Shown here one piece after another: positions 25,231 to 37,800 of a DNA stretch of 64,000 bases. A program made the translations under genes and the position numbers. Positions within the stretch are counted from its first letter, which is position 1. Each line of letters opens with the position of its first letter. The notes below the pieces were generated by a model. It did not search any database, was not told the DNA's origin, and worked only from the letters and a program-made list of their open reading frames with translations. Where the stretch lies: the NCBI GenBank assembly GCA_965112735.1, contig OZ218950.1:5828001-5892000 (forward strand), given 5' to 3'. This stretch comes from Phaeosaccion multiseriatum (lineage: Eukaryota; Protista; Ochrophyta, other classes).

Positions 25231-25573
25231 TCGACCCCTGACACGCTATCCGCTAACGCTATCGCCGGCGCCAGCCGGCACGCTATCCGCTATCTCCGGC
25301 GCGCTATCCGCTATCGCCAGCGTCAGCTGCTACCGCACCGGGGGGGGGGGGGGGGGGAGAGCTGACGCCAGCCGGCGCGCTATCCGCTATCGGCCGGCGC
25401 CAGCCGGCACGCTATCCGCTATCGGCCGGCGCCAGCCGGCACGCTATCCGCTATCGCCGGCGCCAGCCGGCACGCTATCCGCTATTGGCCGGCGGCCGAT
25501 AGCGCGCTATCGGGCCCGCCGGGGCGCGATAGCGCGCTATCGAGAATGTGAGCGATAGCGTGTCAGGGGTCGA
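25231..25573. mobile_element. MITE copy 2 (343 bp), same family, inverted relative to copy 1
   Basis: TCGACCCCTGACACGCTATC at 25231-25250 and its exact reverse complement at 25554-25573. Flanked by CTCTCC on both sides. Internal ~31-bp repeats GCTATCCGCTATCG(G)CCGGCGCCAGCCGGCAC. Shares CACATTCTCGATAGCG with copy 1 in the opposite orientation. Confidence 0.9.
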
Positions 25574-25614
25574 CTCTCCTCCCCCCCCCCTCTCCTCCCC
25601 TCCCCTCCCCTCCT

Positions 25615-26328
25615 TCACGAAGTCATGAGCTCCTCCTTATCCTTGACCACTCTTGTAAATCCTTGGAGCTGGACAGTGTCAGTAAAATCAGCCCCCGCCG
25701 CAGAAAGGCGCCTTGCCGCCCGTCGAAGCTCCTATTCGCATATAATACGTCGCCAGTGGATGGCAGTGGACGGCAGTGGACGGCAGGAAAAGAAAAGGGC
25801 GTGAGGGAGGGAGGAGGAAGGGAGGAAGCCGACCTCGCTCGACTCCGTAACGTCCCGCGCCACCCCTTGTCCCTTGCTTACCTCCTCGTCACCCGCCAGC
25901 AGCGCTGCCTCCCTCGCCGCACGTCCGTCAGCTGCCATCCCCAGCCTTCGCAGCCCACTGGTGTCGTCCCCGCTCTCACCGCCCCCTCCCTCCACCTCCT
26001 CCATCTCGTCCTCGTCCTCGTCCTCGTCCTCCTCGTCCTCCTCGTCCTCCTGGTCCTCCCCACCCGCCCGCTCATTCGCCTCGTCAGTGCCCCTCCTCCT
26101 CTCATATGCACCTCCTCCTCGTCCTCCTCGTCGTCCTCCTCTTCCTCCCCTCCTCCTCCTCTCCGCGTTGTGGTGGCGTCCTTCCCCGCCGTGGCACACA
26201 ACGAGTCTCAAAAGATGCCGTCGCAGCCTCTTCGTCGGACTCGACGAGGGCTCCTGCTCGCACGGAGAGAGAGAGAGGGAGGGAGAGAGAGAGAGCGAGA
26301 GAGAGAGAGAGGGGGGGAGAGGGAGAGA

Positions 26329-26417
<89 letters not shown>

Positions 26418-28012
26418 CCAAAAGAGGACGACGACATGCATGAAGCAAGCGAGGCGGGGCGCAAGGTAGCTACTTTCAGGCTGCGGTCGAGTGTAAGGGT
26501 GACACATCCACGCAGAGCAGAGCAAGCAGAGACAAACAACAACCCAGGCAGGCAGATACCGCATGCCTGCTGTACCCTTCCCACAGCAGCCAGGAGCGGG
26601 GGGAGGGGGAGGGCGAAGGGCGGAGGGCGGAGGCACTTCGTTCAGAGCTCTCACCTCACTTTGCTCCATCTCCACAGCCGCAGCTTCACCACCACCACCA
26701 CCACTGCCGTCCCGCCCCTTGCCCCCCTCCCGCTTCCTTGCCCTGTCCCTTTCTTGCTGCTCTGGCCCCGCCTCCTCCCCCAACAGGCCCTGCACAAACG
26801 GTCGGAGTCTGTCTGGGTGCTCCATTGCGAGCCGCAGCAGCGCCGGAGCGAGCGGGCCTAGCAGAAGCTCGCAGGCGAGGGCTTGGGTCTTGATGCTCGT
26901 CTTGGCAGCGGTGAGAGGCGGTGGTGGTGGTGGAGGAGGAGGAGGAGGAGGGAGACCCATTGCTTCTGCCGATGCCGCTGCCGCTCTTCCTGTGAGTGGC
27001 TGCTGTGACTGGTGGAGCCGGGGCGGCTGCTCTGCTGTCGCCTCTGTTGCCTTGATCAGCACCACTTCTGCCGTCGCAGAATCTTGGCACACGTGCTTCA
27101 TCGCCTCCGCAGCAGAGCGTGGCATCGCAGCAGGCACACTCGTCCAAACCGACGTCTTTCCTTCTCCTTCTTCTCCTGCTTCTCCTCCTTCTGCTCCTCC
27201 TTCTGATGCTTCCGCCGCGGTGGCCAGCGCCCGGAGTGCAGCCACACACACACTCTTGGCCTTATCGCCACAGACCACGTCCCTCAGGAGCGCAAGGGCG
27301 AGGCCAGCATCCTCCGGCGCGTGGAAGCAGCAGCAGCAGCAGGAGGAGGAGAAGGAGAAGGCCGAGGAGGGGGCCGAGAAGGCACTGAGTAGCCTGCCAC
27401 CGCCACCGCCGCCGCCGCCTCCGGAGCGACAAGCGTGCGCGGCGGCGTTGCGCAGGAGCAGCTCCAGAGTCTCCACCACCGCCACTCGCAACACCGCACG
27501 ACTCTCCGCCTGGCAGAGAGGGGAGGGAGGAGGGGAGGAGGGAGGAGGGAGGAGGGAGGAGGGAGGAGGGAGGAGGGAAGAGGGAGGAGGGAGGAGGGAG
27601 GAGGGAGGAGGGAGGAGGGAGGAGGGAGGAGGGAGGAGGGGCGGGAGGAGGGGCGGGTGGGAGAGTGCGGCGGAGGAGAGGTCAGAGGCGAGGTATTGGG
27701 TGGGGGTAGCAATCAAAAGCAAGGCGCGGGATAGATAGAGAGATACAGTACAGCAGCAGGAGGAGGAGTGCTTGTGTGTGTTCGCTCATGCCTTGCTCAG
27801 GAGGCATGGCGCTTATACACCGGCCACGATGGCACAGCATGGAAAAAAGGGGTGCTCAAAGGTGATGCGGCTTTGCCGGGTCCTCTTCTGGCCGCTGTTT
27901 GCCCACCCCGCCTGCGCTCTCTCTTCGTCTCTCTGTCTCTCCCTCTTCCTCTCCCATTTATCTCTCGCCCCCCCCCTTCTCTCTCGCCACCTCTCTCTCC
28001 TGCTCTGCCTGC

Positions 28013-28043
<31 letters not shown>

Positions 28044-31000
28044 CCTGTCTGTCTCTCTCTCCTCTTCTCCTCCCCCCTTCCCCTCTCGCTCTTTCTCACC
28101 TGCAAGAAGGAACCTCTAAGGAGGGCGAGGGCAGCGGCTGCATCAAGCATGGCCAACACGTGCAGTGTCAGCGCCTTGCGATCCTTCTTCTTGCCAACAG
28201 AGCTGCCACTGCGCTCCCGCTGCAGCTGTCAAGGGATCGATGGGCATAGATAAGGCTTAAGATTTTGTGTGTGTGTGTTCGTGCGTGCGTGCGTGCGTGC
28301 GAACCGAGTGAGGAGGGCTTCCTTCCTTCCTTCCTTCCTTCCTTCCTTCCTTCCTTCCTTCCTTCCTTCCTTCCTTCCTTCTTCACTCTCACCCGGTGAG
28401 TGGTTTAGTCGCTGCCAAGTCAAGCCAAGTCAAGCCAAACCAAACGAAGCCAAACTAAGCCTATGATAAGTCCATTGTGCTTCCCTCAGGCCCCTCCCCC
28501 CCGCCCTCCGGCGATCCTCTGCCCTGTCCCCCCCCCCCCTCTCCGCTCTATCCTGCCCCGACCGACGAACCTGTGCCTTGGCGGTGTCGGCGACGAGTCT
28601 GCCCACGCTGAAGGACGGGTGTTGGCGTGTTCTGAGCGTCAATGCGTGGAACAGCTCACACATGTGCTAAGTAACCGTAGTAACCGTCGTAATGGGCGGT
28701 GCGGGGGGGGGGGACAGGCGGAGCGCGCGTTGAGCGGAGCCGATATATATATATATAATATATATATAATGAGGCGCAAGTGGGCAGAGAGATGCTCACA
28801 CCCGACGACGACGAGCGTCGAGGGGTGAAGGGTGACAAGAAGAATGGGGACAGGGGACGGGGGACGGATGAGAAGGGGGGGGTGGCGGAGCGATCGCGTC
28901 GAAAGGCAGAAAGAAGGAGGAAGCAAGCTCGGAAAGGAGTGAGGCGAGAGGAGCCTACCCCTCTCTCCCCTCGGACCGACCGCGCACAGTGTATCACCAA
29001 CTGACCAAGTGCTTCTGCCGTACCTAGCACTGGGCCGCCCCTATCCACCTACCTACCCACCTGGGATGGGCCTCCCTCGTAGCTCGGAGAGAGCATGTAC
29101 GCGAGGAGCGCTTGCATGCTGGCGTAGGTCACCGCTTCGTCGACCTGAACATGCACGCACGCACGCACAAGGGGTCGACAACAGGAATGAGAGCCCCCCG
29201 GGGGCCGTGGGGAGAAGGGAGCGGCGCGGGCGCTTGCATGAGAGGATAACATTCCGAGCGGGTTGGACGGTACAGTTTCTTCCTTCCAGCTGTGGAAGAC
29301 AGACGCTTCCTTCGCTTCGCTTACCTTGACCAGATTTCCGATGATGGCAATGACCCCCTGAATCCGAGCCCTGCGACGCTCCGACCTCGTCCCTCCCCCC
29401 CCTCCCCTCCCCTCCTCCCCCCTCCCTTCCTCCTCCTCCTCCTCCTCCTCCTCCTCCTCCTCCTCCTCCTCCTCCTCCTCCTCCTCCTCCTCCTCCTCCT
29501 CCTCCTCCTCCTCCTCCTCCTCCTCCTCCTCCTCGAACACGCTTTCCCCGAGCAAGTCCATGTCCACCTCGTGGTGCTCCACCACCTGTTGGTTGTATGG
29601 TGCACTGAGTCGCCATCTGTAGTCTCTGCCCCTGCTTCAGCTAGCCTCTACCATTTGCGTGTGCGTTCGCTTGGGTGTGGGTGTGTGCGTGTGCGTGTGT
29701 GCGTGCGTGTGCGTGTGCGTGCGCGAGAGTGTGTGTGTGTGCGCGTGCGCGTGTGTGTGTGCGTGTGCGCAGAACTCTTCTATACCCCTTTCCCCCTCAC
29801 CTGCAGCAGCACCTCCAGCGTCACAGCGACGGCATCCCCCCCCCCCCCTCCCCCGCGGTTTGCACCGCTGCTACCGAATACGAACTGCGTGTACAGCCGC
29901 TTACCGATGGCCTGGCGTGGGCATGGGGAGGGGTGAGGTCGGCAGACAGTCGGAGGAGGGGGTGCGTTGGCTGATGGGTGCGAGTCCTGTAGTTACGCGA
30001 AGCTCAGAGGGAACACGTGAGTTTCGCGTGGGCCGTGTGTGTGTGTGGGGGGGGGGGAGCTAAGGTCGCTAGCTAGAGCCAAAGGGAGGGGGGGGGGAAG
30101 AAGCAATTCATACGCGCCCCCTTTCAATGAGGTGTGTCGATCGATCAGCAGTCCCTCGTCCATGATATCCAGTCTGTCTGCAGCGCTACTGCTGCTACCT
30201 GCCCGCCTCCTCGGCCACACCACGCTCTTGTTCCTTCCATGAGACTCTGTACCAGCATACCGGTATACCGCACACGACTCTGTACCAGCATACCGGTATA
30301 CCGCACACGACTCTGTACCAGCATACCGGTATACCGCACACGACTCTGTACCAGCATACCGCACAGGCACCTCATTACGTACCTCGGAGCTCAACACGCT
30401 GCTACTACGCCCCCTCTCCCCCCCCGCCTCCCCCTCCTCCTGAGGGGCCGCAGCAGTTACTCCTGCTCCTCGTTGATCCAACGACGGCGAGAGCAGGCCG
30501 AGCAAGCCGTACACCATCGAGCTGGCCACGAGTTTCCGGCAGCGTGAGCGCACTCCTCCTCCTCTTCCTCCTCCTCCTCCCCCACTGCCAATGTCGGTGT
30601 CGCTTTGACGCGTCATCGCGGCCGGGATTCGTCCATTGAGACACAGGCAGTCGCGGAGCTGTAAAGTCGCGTCGGGCTGAGCATCATAAGCGGCAGCTGC
30701 CATCACGGCTCGATGCAGCACGGCGGGGATGGGGCGACGTGTGACCTGGCCCAGCTCCAACACACACTCCTGTCAGTGCAGTACGTCGAATGGAGCCAAT
30801 CGAATAAGATGGGATGAAGCATCACCATGCAGGAGAGGCAGCGAGCGAGCGAGGAGTCGTCTGGGGCATGCATCGTAGGGAGAGGAGTTAGAGGACGATC
30901 CCGCACCTCGCTCTGAGTGCCCCTCCTGACCGCCGTGGTTACGACGCGTTTGCTTCGGATGCTTTCCTCTGCAGCTCTTGGCTAGCAACACCGACCTGGA

Positions 31001-31361
31001 ACTGCTTGAGCTCGCACGGAGAGGACAGCGCGAGGCCTATACAAGCGATGAGATGCTCGGTCAGCTCAAGCAGTAGCGCTGAGGCCTCTTCCCTTTTTGC
31101 TCCGGGCTGGTCGAGGAGCTTCCTCGCTACTCCGAGCAGCGGCAGCAAGCGGTCCAACGCATCTGGCGGGACTGTGACGCCGCTGCTCCACGTCATGTCT
31201 CCACCCCCGAAAGGATCGCTAGCACTATCGTCCCAAAGCTGCTCTTTAATTTCGGCCCTCTGTTCAGCAAAGGTGGGCGGCGTCGCTGCTTCTCTCTCGG
31301 CGGCGTTTTTGGAAGATCCTTCGACCCCCGCATCAGCTCCTCGGCCGCCCTTCTTCGCCAT
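25615..31361 (-). CDS. multi-exon alpha-helical (ARM/HEAT-like) hypothetical protein
   Basis: ATG 31361 (MAKKGGRG). Chain of L/A-rich helical exons (e.g. RAVLRVAVVETLELLL, ALALLRDVVCGDKAKSVCVAALRAL) separated by GT-AG introns. Last exon 25668-25615 (LQGFTRVVKDKEELMTS*). Family not recognised. Confidence 0.62.
30243..30365. repeat. 33-bp tandem repeat, ~3.7 copies
   Basis: Unit GACTCTGTACCAGCATACCGGTATACCGCACAC with internal palindrome ATACCGGTAT. Confidence 0.95.
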
Positions 31362-31812
31362 CGTACTCTACAATCCTCCCTTGCTCTTTCTTCCTTTCGT
31401 CTTCAATCCAAAGGCTGTGGATAGATGAGGAGGAACTTCCCCCCTACGAACTGCCCCAAATGGCGACATTTTTCTCCCAACCCGTTCACTTGAGCCGACC
31501 TTCTTCTCTTTACACTGCAGCCCTCGGGCCGTGCGAGCCGTGGGATGACGGGGGAAAAATATTGACTTCAAGGAATCAACCTAAGAACCATCCATGCCAT
31601 GGGGAAGAAAAGACCCGAGCATGCACCATGAAGACCAAAGCCCTTTTGGACCCACGGAACCACGGAACGGGGGCCTGCCCAACAGTAGTAGTCGAGTTTT
31701 ATGTAGCCTACAAGGGAAGTCCGGGCAGACAGACATGACCGACATGACCAGCACAGCAGAGACTACAGTTACACCAGTTACACCAGTTACAGGTGCAACT
31801 GCTGGTCCCTCG

Positions 31813-34800
31813 TCACTTGTGCGAGGAAAGTATGAATTGAAGCTTCTGCAGCATCGGGGCCCTCTCCAGGCCTGCGCAAGAGGCTGCCGCGGCCTGTAGA
31901 CTGCCGCCGCTGTTCTGGGTGCAGCTAAAGCCGATGAAGCAGCCCCACGGGACAGCACAGATCAGGACAAGGGATGGCAGTGGATGGACAGATGGCAGTG
32001 GATGGACAGAACAGAGGATGGCAGAGGATGGCCAAGACAGGGGATGGCAGTGGATGGACGGGACAAGGACAGGGCAGGGCAGGACGAGGCGGCAACGCAG
32101 ACACGGCGGGGGTGCACAGAGGGTAGTCAGTAGTCAGTCAGCTCTCCCCCTCTTTGTCGGTGGCCGTGGCTGCGCTGCACACACATCACACGCACCCACA
32201 CATGCACGCACACGCACAACGCACTTACACATACACGCACACACACACGCACACACACGCACACACACACGCACACACACACGCATACACACACGTGTAC
32301 AAACACACATGTAGACACACACAGTACCTGACCCAAAGGAGCTGGTCCACATCTCCCTCCAACAGCACCACAGCACGGTCGAACCTCTCCCGCTCCACCC
32401 CTCGCTGCACACCCACCCCAGGGCAGAGACACACCGAGGGGAGAGGATGGGGAAGGGGAGGGGGAGGGAGGAGAGGGATCGAGGGGAAGGCAGGGGAGAG
32501 GAGAGGAGGGGAGGGGAGGAGGGGGGACGGGACGGGAGAAGAAGGGATGTACATGCGACGTGTAGGGGTGAGAGGCAGGACAGGGGGCGTTGGGGAGGGA
32601 TAGACTGTGGAGGAGGGACTGATGTGAGTGAGGTCGGTAAGGAGGGATAGACTGTGGAGGAGGGACTGATGTGAGTGGGGTCGGTAAGGAGGGATAGGCT
32701 GTGGAGGGGGGACTGATGTGAGTGGGGTCGGTAAGGAAAGAGGGTGACGTGCAGGGGAAAGCTTCTTGTGTTTCCCTTTCTGTCCCCCTCCCTTTCCTCC
32801 TCTCGTGCTCCGTCGTCCGTTCTCGCTGCAGGACTCACCCACCCACTCACTCACTGACTCACTCACTGACTCACTCACTGACTCACTCACTCACTCACTC
32901 ACTCACTTACTCACTCACTCACTCACTCACTCACTCACTCACTCTCTGACTCACTCACTCACTCACTGACTCACTCACTCACTCACTCACTCACTCACTC
33001 ACTCACTGACTCACTCACTCACTCACTCACTCACTCACTCACTCACTGACTCACTCACTCACTCACTCACTCACTCACTCACTCACTCACTGACTGGCTG
33101 GCTGGCTCATTCATTCCCTCCCTCTGTCCCTTTCTCTATCTCTCCCTCCCTCCCCCACCTTAAAGAGAGGATAGGCCACCCCGCCGCCCGTCACGTGATC
33201 TCTGATGGAGGAGCGAGAGGCGCTGAACACCGCCTGATACAGCAGAGGAGTCTGTCCAACCGTCCGTGCACCAAATGGGAGGAGGCAAAGGAAGGACGGA
33301 GCATCGCATTCGAGGAGGTACAGGGAGGACGCAGCGGAAAGGAGCGCAATGAGAAGCGATTCGTTAGCAGCGTCGATCTAGCCTATCCCCCTCCCCCGAC
33401 AAGGCATTAAAGGACAGTGACTCGACGCACCTCCCTCCTGCCCCATCCACTGCCATCCCCTCTTGTCCATCCTTTACCCCCGCCCCTCTCCTCCAGATAC
33501 TTGGCGACGATAGACACACACACTCCTAGGAACCTACCTCTCCACGCGAACGCGCACATGCACAGATTCTCCCCACCCCCCCCACCACTACACACACACA
33601 CACGCACACAGATACTCACACGCACACACGCACACACCTACAGACGCACCCACACCCACACCCACACCCACACACATACACACACATACACACACACGCA
33701 CACACACACACACACACCCACACACATACACACACATGCACACACACACACGCACACACACACACACACCTCCAGGTACTTGGCGACCATACAAACGACA
33801 TGCACCACGTAGCCGAGCGCCGACGAAACGGTGTCGTAGTCCATGGCGTAGAGAGCAGGCAGGTGCGAGGGAAGGGCCAGGCCGCGGATGGTGAAGCTCT
33901 GACTGAGCTCTTGGAAGCGTATTGGGTAGATGACCTGCACATTCAATGGCATGGGTAAGCGTGTGCAGTGTGTGTGTGTGCAGTGTGTGTGTGTTTGTGT
34001 CTCTTTTCGTTGAGTTCCATGGACTGACTGACTGACTGACTGACTGACTGACTGACTGAACTGCTTCCCTCTCTCCTTCCTTCCTTCCTTCCTTCCATAT
34101 TTCCTTCGTTCCTTTCTTCTCCCCTTCCTCCCCCTTCCTTCCCCTTCCTTTCTCTGGCCCTCCCTCCCTCCCTCCCTCCCTCCCTCCCGTCCTTCCTTCC
34201 TTCCTTCCCTCCTTCCTTCCCTCCTTCAGTCCTGACCTGTAAGGCGGAAATGAGCCTGCGCTGCTCATGATGCATCATGGCCGCAAGGTGGTGGAGGCGT
34301 TCGGTTTGGCCCTCTAAATGACTTACGAACTCGGCCCTATGACGCTGAACCTTTGGGGAAGGAGAGGAGGAGGCCACAAAGCCGAGAGGGGGGGGGTGGA
34401 GGAGAGAAAGCAGAGGAGCAGAGAGGGGAGGGGGTAGGAAGAGAGACAAAAGAAAGAGAGAGAGAGGGGGGGGGGGGTAGGAAGAGAGAAAGAAGAGAGA
34501 AAGAGAGAGACCGGCCAAGGCGTAAGTGTTCTGGAGGGGCCCGAGGTGTAGGGCATCAGCAAGGAGGAGACGGGGTAAGGCAAGACGGAGAGACAAGGGG
34601 GACACACGACGGCTGTAATGTATATACATAAAATACAATTGATTATCATTTATAATACATATGTATATATGTATATATGTGTACGGGTTAGTGGAGGGAG
34701 ATGGCGGTACACACGTCTGTCTCTTACCTCAGTCAAGGTCCCTTCCAGCTCCTCCAAGGTGGGAAGGGCACGCTCCAGACCGGCCTGAGGGGCAGGGACA

Positions 34801-37800
34801 GAGAGAGAGACAGATACAGAGAGGGATAGAGACACAGACAGAGACAGAGGGAGAGACAGAGAGAGATACAGACAGAGACAGAGAGAGGACAGAGAGGGAG
34901 AGGGAGAGAAAAAGAGGGAAGACAAGGGACAAAAGTGTGGAGACACAGCGAGACCCAATGAAAGCCAAAGAAGCAAGGGGTGAAACGGCCACATGTGTTA
35001 GCAGTTCGAAGCCAAGGAAGCAAGGGGTGAAACGGCCACATGTGTTAGCAGTTCGAAGCCAAGGAAGCAAGGGGTGAAACGGCCACATGTGTTAGCAGTT
35101 CGAAGCCAAGGAAGCAAGGGGTGAAACGGCCACATGTGTTAGCAGTTCGAGGCCAAGGAAGCAAGGGGTGAAACGGCCACATGTGTTAGCAGTTCGAAGC
35201 CAAGGAAGCAAGGGGTGAGACGGCCACATGTGGTAGCAGTTCGCGGTCATCGGCATGCGTGTGTGAGAGGAGTGAGTGAGTGTGCGTGCGTGTGGTATGA
35301 GCGCCCTTCGAAGTCTCTCACCATCTCCTCGAGCAGCGCCGCTTTGTCGGCCTTTAGAAGGAGCTGCACCGGCACATGGAATGGGAGAGAGGAGAGAGAG
35401 CAGAGAAGAGAAGGCAAAGCAGAGGAGAGAGGGGAGAGAGCAGAGCAGAGGAGAGAGAGGAGAGGAGATTAGAGCAGAAGAGAGAGGGGAGAGAGCAGAG
35501 CAGAGGAGAGAGAGGAGAGGAGATTAGAGCAGAAGAGAGAGGGGAGAGAGCAGAACAGAACAGAGCAGACAGGAGAGCAGAACAGAACAGAGCAGACAGG
35601 AGAGCAAAGCAGAGGAGAGCAGACGCAGTGGGCATAGAGAGGAGAAGAGAGGAGATGCATAGGGTGTAGAAAGATGAGACAAGAAGCCAGGCGTAAGGCA
35701 TAGAGAGAGCATAGCAGAGGCGTATGGCATACGAGAGAGGAGAGCAGCCCAGAGGAGGCCCAGAGAAGTGGTATACGGCATGCTCCCCCCCTCCTGGCTA
35801 AGAAGCGAAGAACCAACTCGTCATGCGGTGTCCGATACCTGCTGTGTCTTGAGCTCCTCCCTGAGCGCCTTTGCATTCTTGGCCTTGCGCCTGGAGTGGA
35901 AGGCCCTCTCCTGATCCTCACGCTGCGCTGCCAAAGCCTCGTTCAGCTCTCCCTGTGGAAGGGAGGGAGGAAAGAGGAGAGTGGGGGGGAGGGGAGGGGA
36001 GGGGAGGAAGGGAAAGAGAGAGAGAGGGGGGGGAAAGCACGGAAGGGGGGAGGAAAAGGTTGGGGAAGGAGAGGAGATGAGAGGGGAGGGGAGAGGAAGA
36101 GGGGATGAAATGGGAGAAGACTCATGTGACATGGAAAAAGCTCGGTGCAGCCCGAAGACCACAGAGAGCGCGTGCGTGCGTGCGTGCGTGTGTGTGTGTG
36201 TGTGTGTGGCCCCTCTCCTTCTCCCCCGCCCCCAAAACCCATCCGCTGCCACCCCTCCCCACAACCCAACATTCGACCCCTCTATCCACTGCCACTCACC
36301 CCTCACCCCCACCCCCCCCCCCCCCCCAAACAATACCCCAACCCCCACCCAAGACAAGACGTACTGACCTTGACGGCCGCTTCCTCCTTCTCCGCGCTCT
36401 CCACTCTTCTGCGCAGCTCCGCCCACTCCTCACCCCTCCCTACCGGAAAGTCTTCCTCCTCCCCCAGCTGTTCCTCTATATCGAGATCGTCGAATATCAG
36501 CTGAGCAGTCAGGCCACCGTACATGGGCGCCGCAGGAGGAGGTGGGGAGGAGGAGGAGAGGAAGGACAGAGCAGCTCCAGGGGGGGACGCAGCCCCAGGG
36601 GGGGACGCAGTCCCAGTGGGTGAAGTCGCCCCAAGGGGAGGAGAAAGCCTCTCTCCCGACTGCAGCAGGCTCTCCTCCTCCCCCCCCTCCTCCTCCCCCT
36701 CCTCCGCGTCTTGGTCTTGAAAGACGCCAGTCCGGAGACCCGCAAGTTGCCTTGCGACGGCCTCTGCGGCAGTGGTAGGGGAGTTGGTAGTCTCCCCTGT
36801 CACCCCGTTGGCGACGGCGGAGTCTTGTGTGACATGCGTCACTCCGTTTCCTCCTCCTCCTCCTCCTCCTCCTCCTGCTCCTCCTCCTCCTCCTCCTCCT
36901 CCTCCTCCTCCTCCTCCTCCTCCTCCTCCTCCTCCTCCTCCTCCTCCTTCTCCTCCTCCCCCCCCCCCTTCTCTTCCTCTTTTGGCCGCTGCTGCTTGTA
37001 TAAGATCCTCCCATTCGTTCCTCCCCTCCTCTCCATCCTCGTCCGCCATCATGACCGGCCAGGCCGAGGAGGAGAAGGAAGACATGGACTTGTGTGGTCT
37101 GCGCGCCCTCTCGATCCGCACACTGCTCCTCGTACTGCTGCGAATCCTTCCACTGCCATCCCCATACATTTCGTCTTCTTCCAGCCACTCCTCCCCTTCC
37201 TCTGCTCCGTCGGCCCAATCCACGGCGGCCGTGGAGCAACGTCTCCGATCCGGCTCCTGCGGAATAGAGGCAGGAGGGGGCGGAGTGGTCGAGTACTTGC
37301 GAAACACCTTAGCGAAGAACGCTTCCTTTGTACTTGCAAGAGCCGACCCCTCTTGCGCTTTGCTCGCCTCCTTCGCCTCCTTCGCCTCCTTCGCCTCCTT
37401 CGCCTCCTTGTCATCTCCCCCCCACTTGCTCTGGTGATAGACATCTCCCTCTTGTCCATACCCGGACCCCCTCCCACTGTGCCTCGCCTCAGAGTCGGAG
37501 ACGCCCCGTGTGGACCTCTCCCGCGTCTCTCTCTCCGTCCCTCCCACTCCTCCGCGCTCTCCGAAAAAGTAGTAGTCGTCATCGTCCGAAGCAGGAGCAG
37601 CAGCAGCAGCACCAGCAGCAGCAGCAGCAGCACCAGCCCCCATCACACCGTTGGCCCCCCTCCCCTCCCTCATGCTCGCGCGACTCCCACTCCCCTCGCC
37701 GATGTCGCCCCTACTTCTGCTGCGACCCCTCCTCGTCGATGGCTTCCGCTGCACGATGACGTCTCTTAGGCTCTCCTCTGCATACAACTGACCGTCTCGG

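Noticed and set aside
24983-25558. 191-aa ORF that might be a transposase
   Set aside because: Made of a CT microsatellite plus MITE internal repeats; no DDE or other catalytic motif.
34960-35243. CRISPR-like regular repeats
   Set aside because: Units are head-to-tail with no unique spacers, there are no cas genes, and the array lies in a eukaryotic intron; it is a minisatellite.
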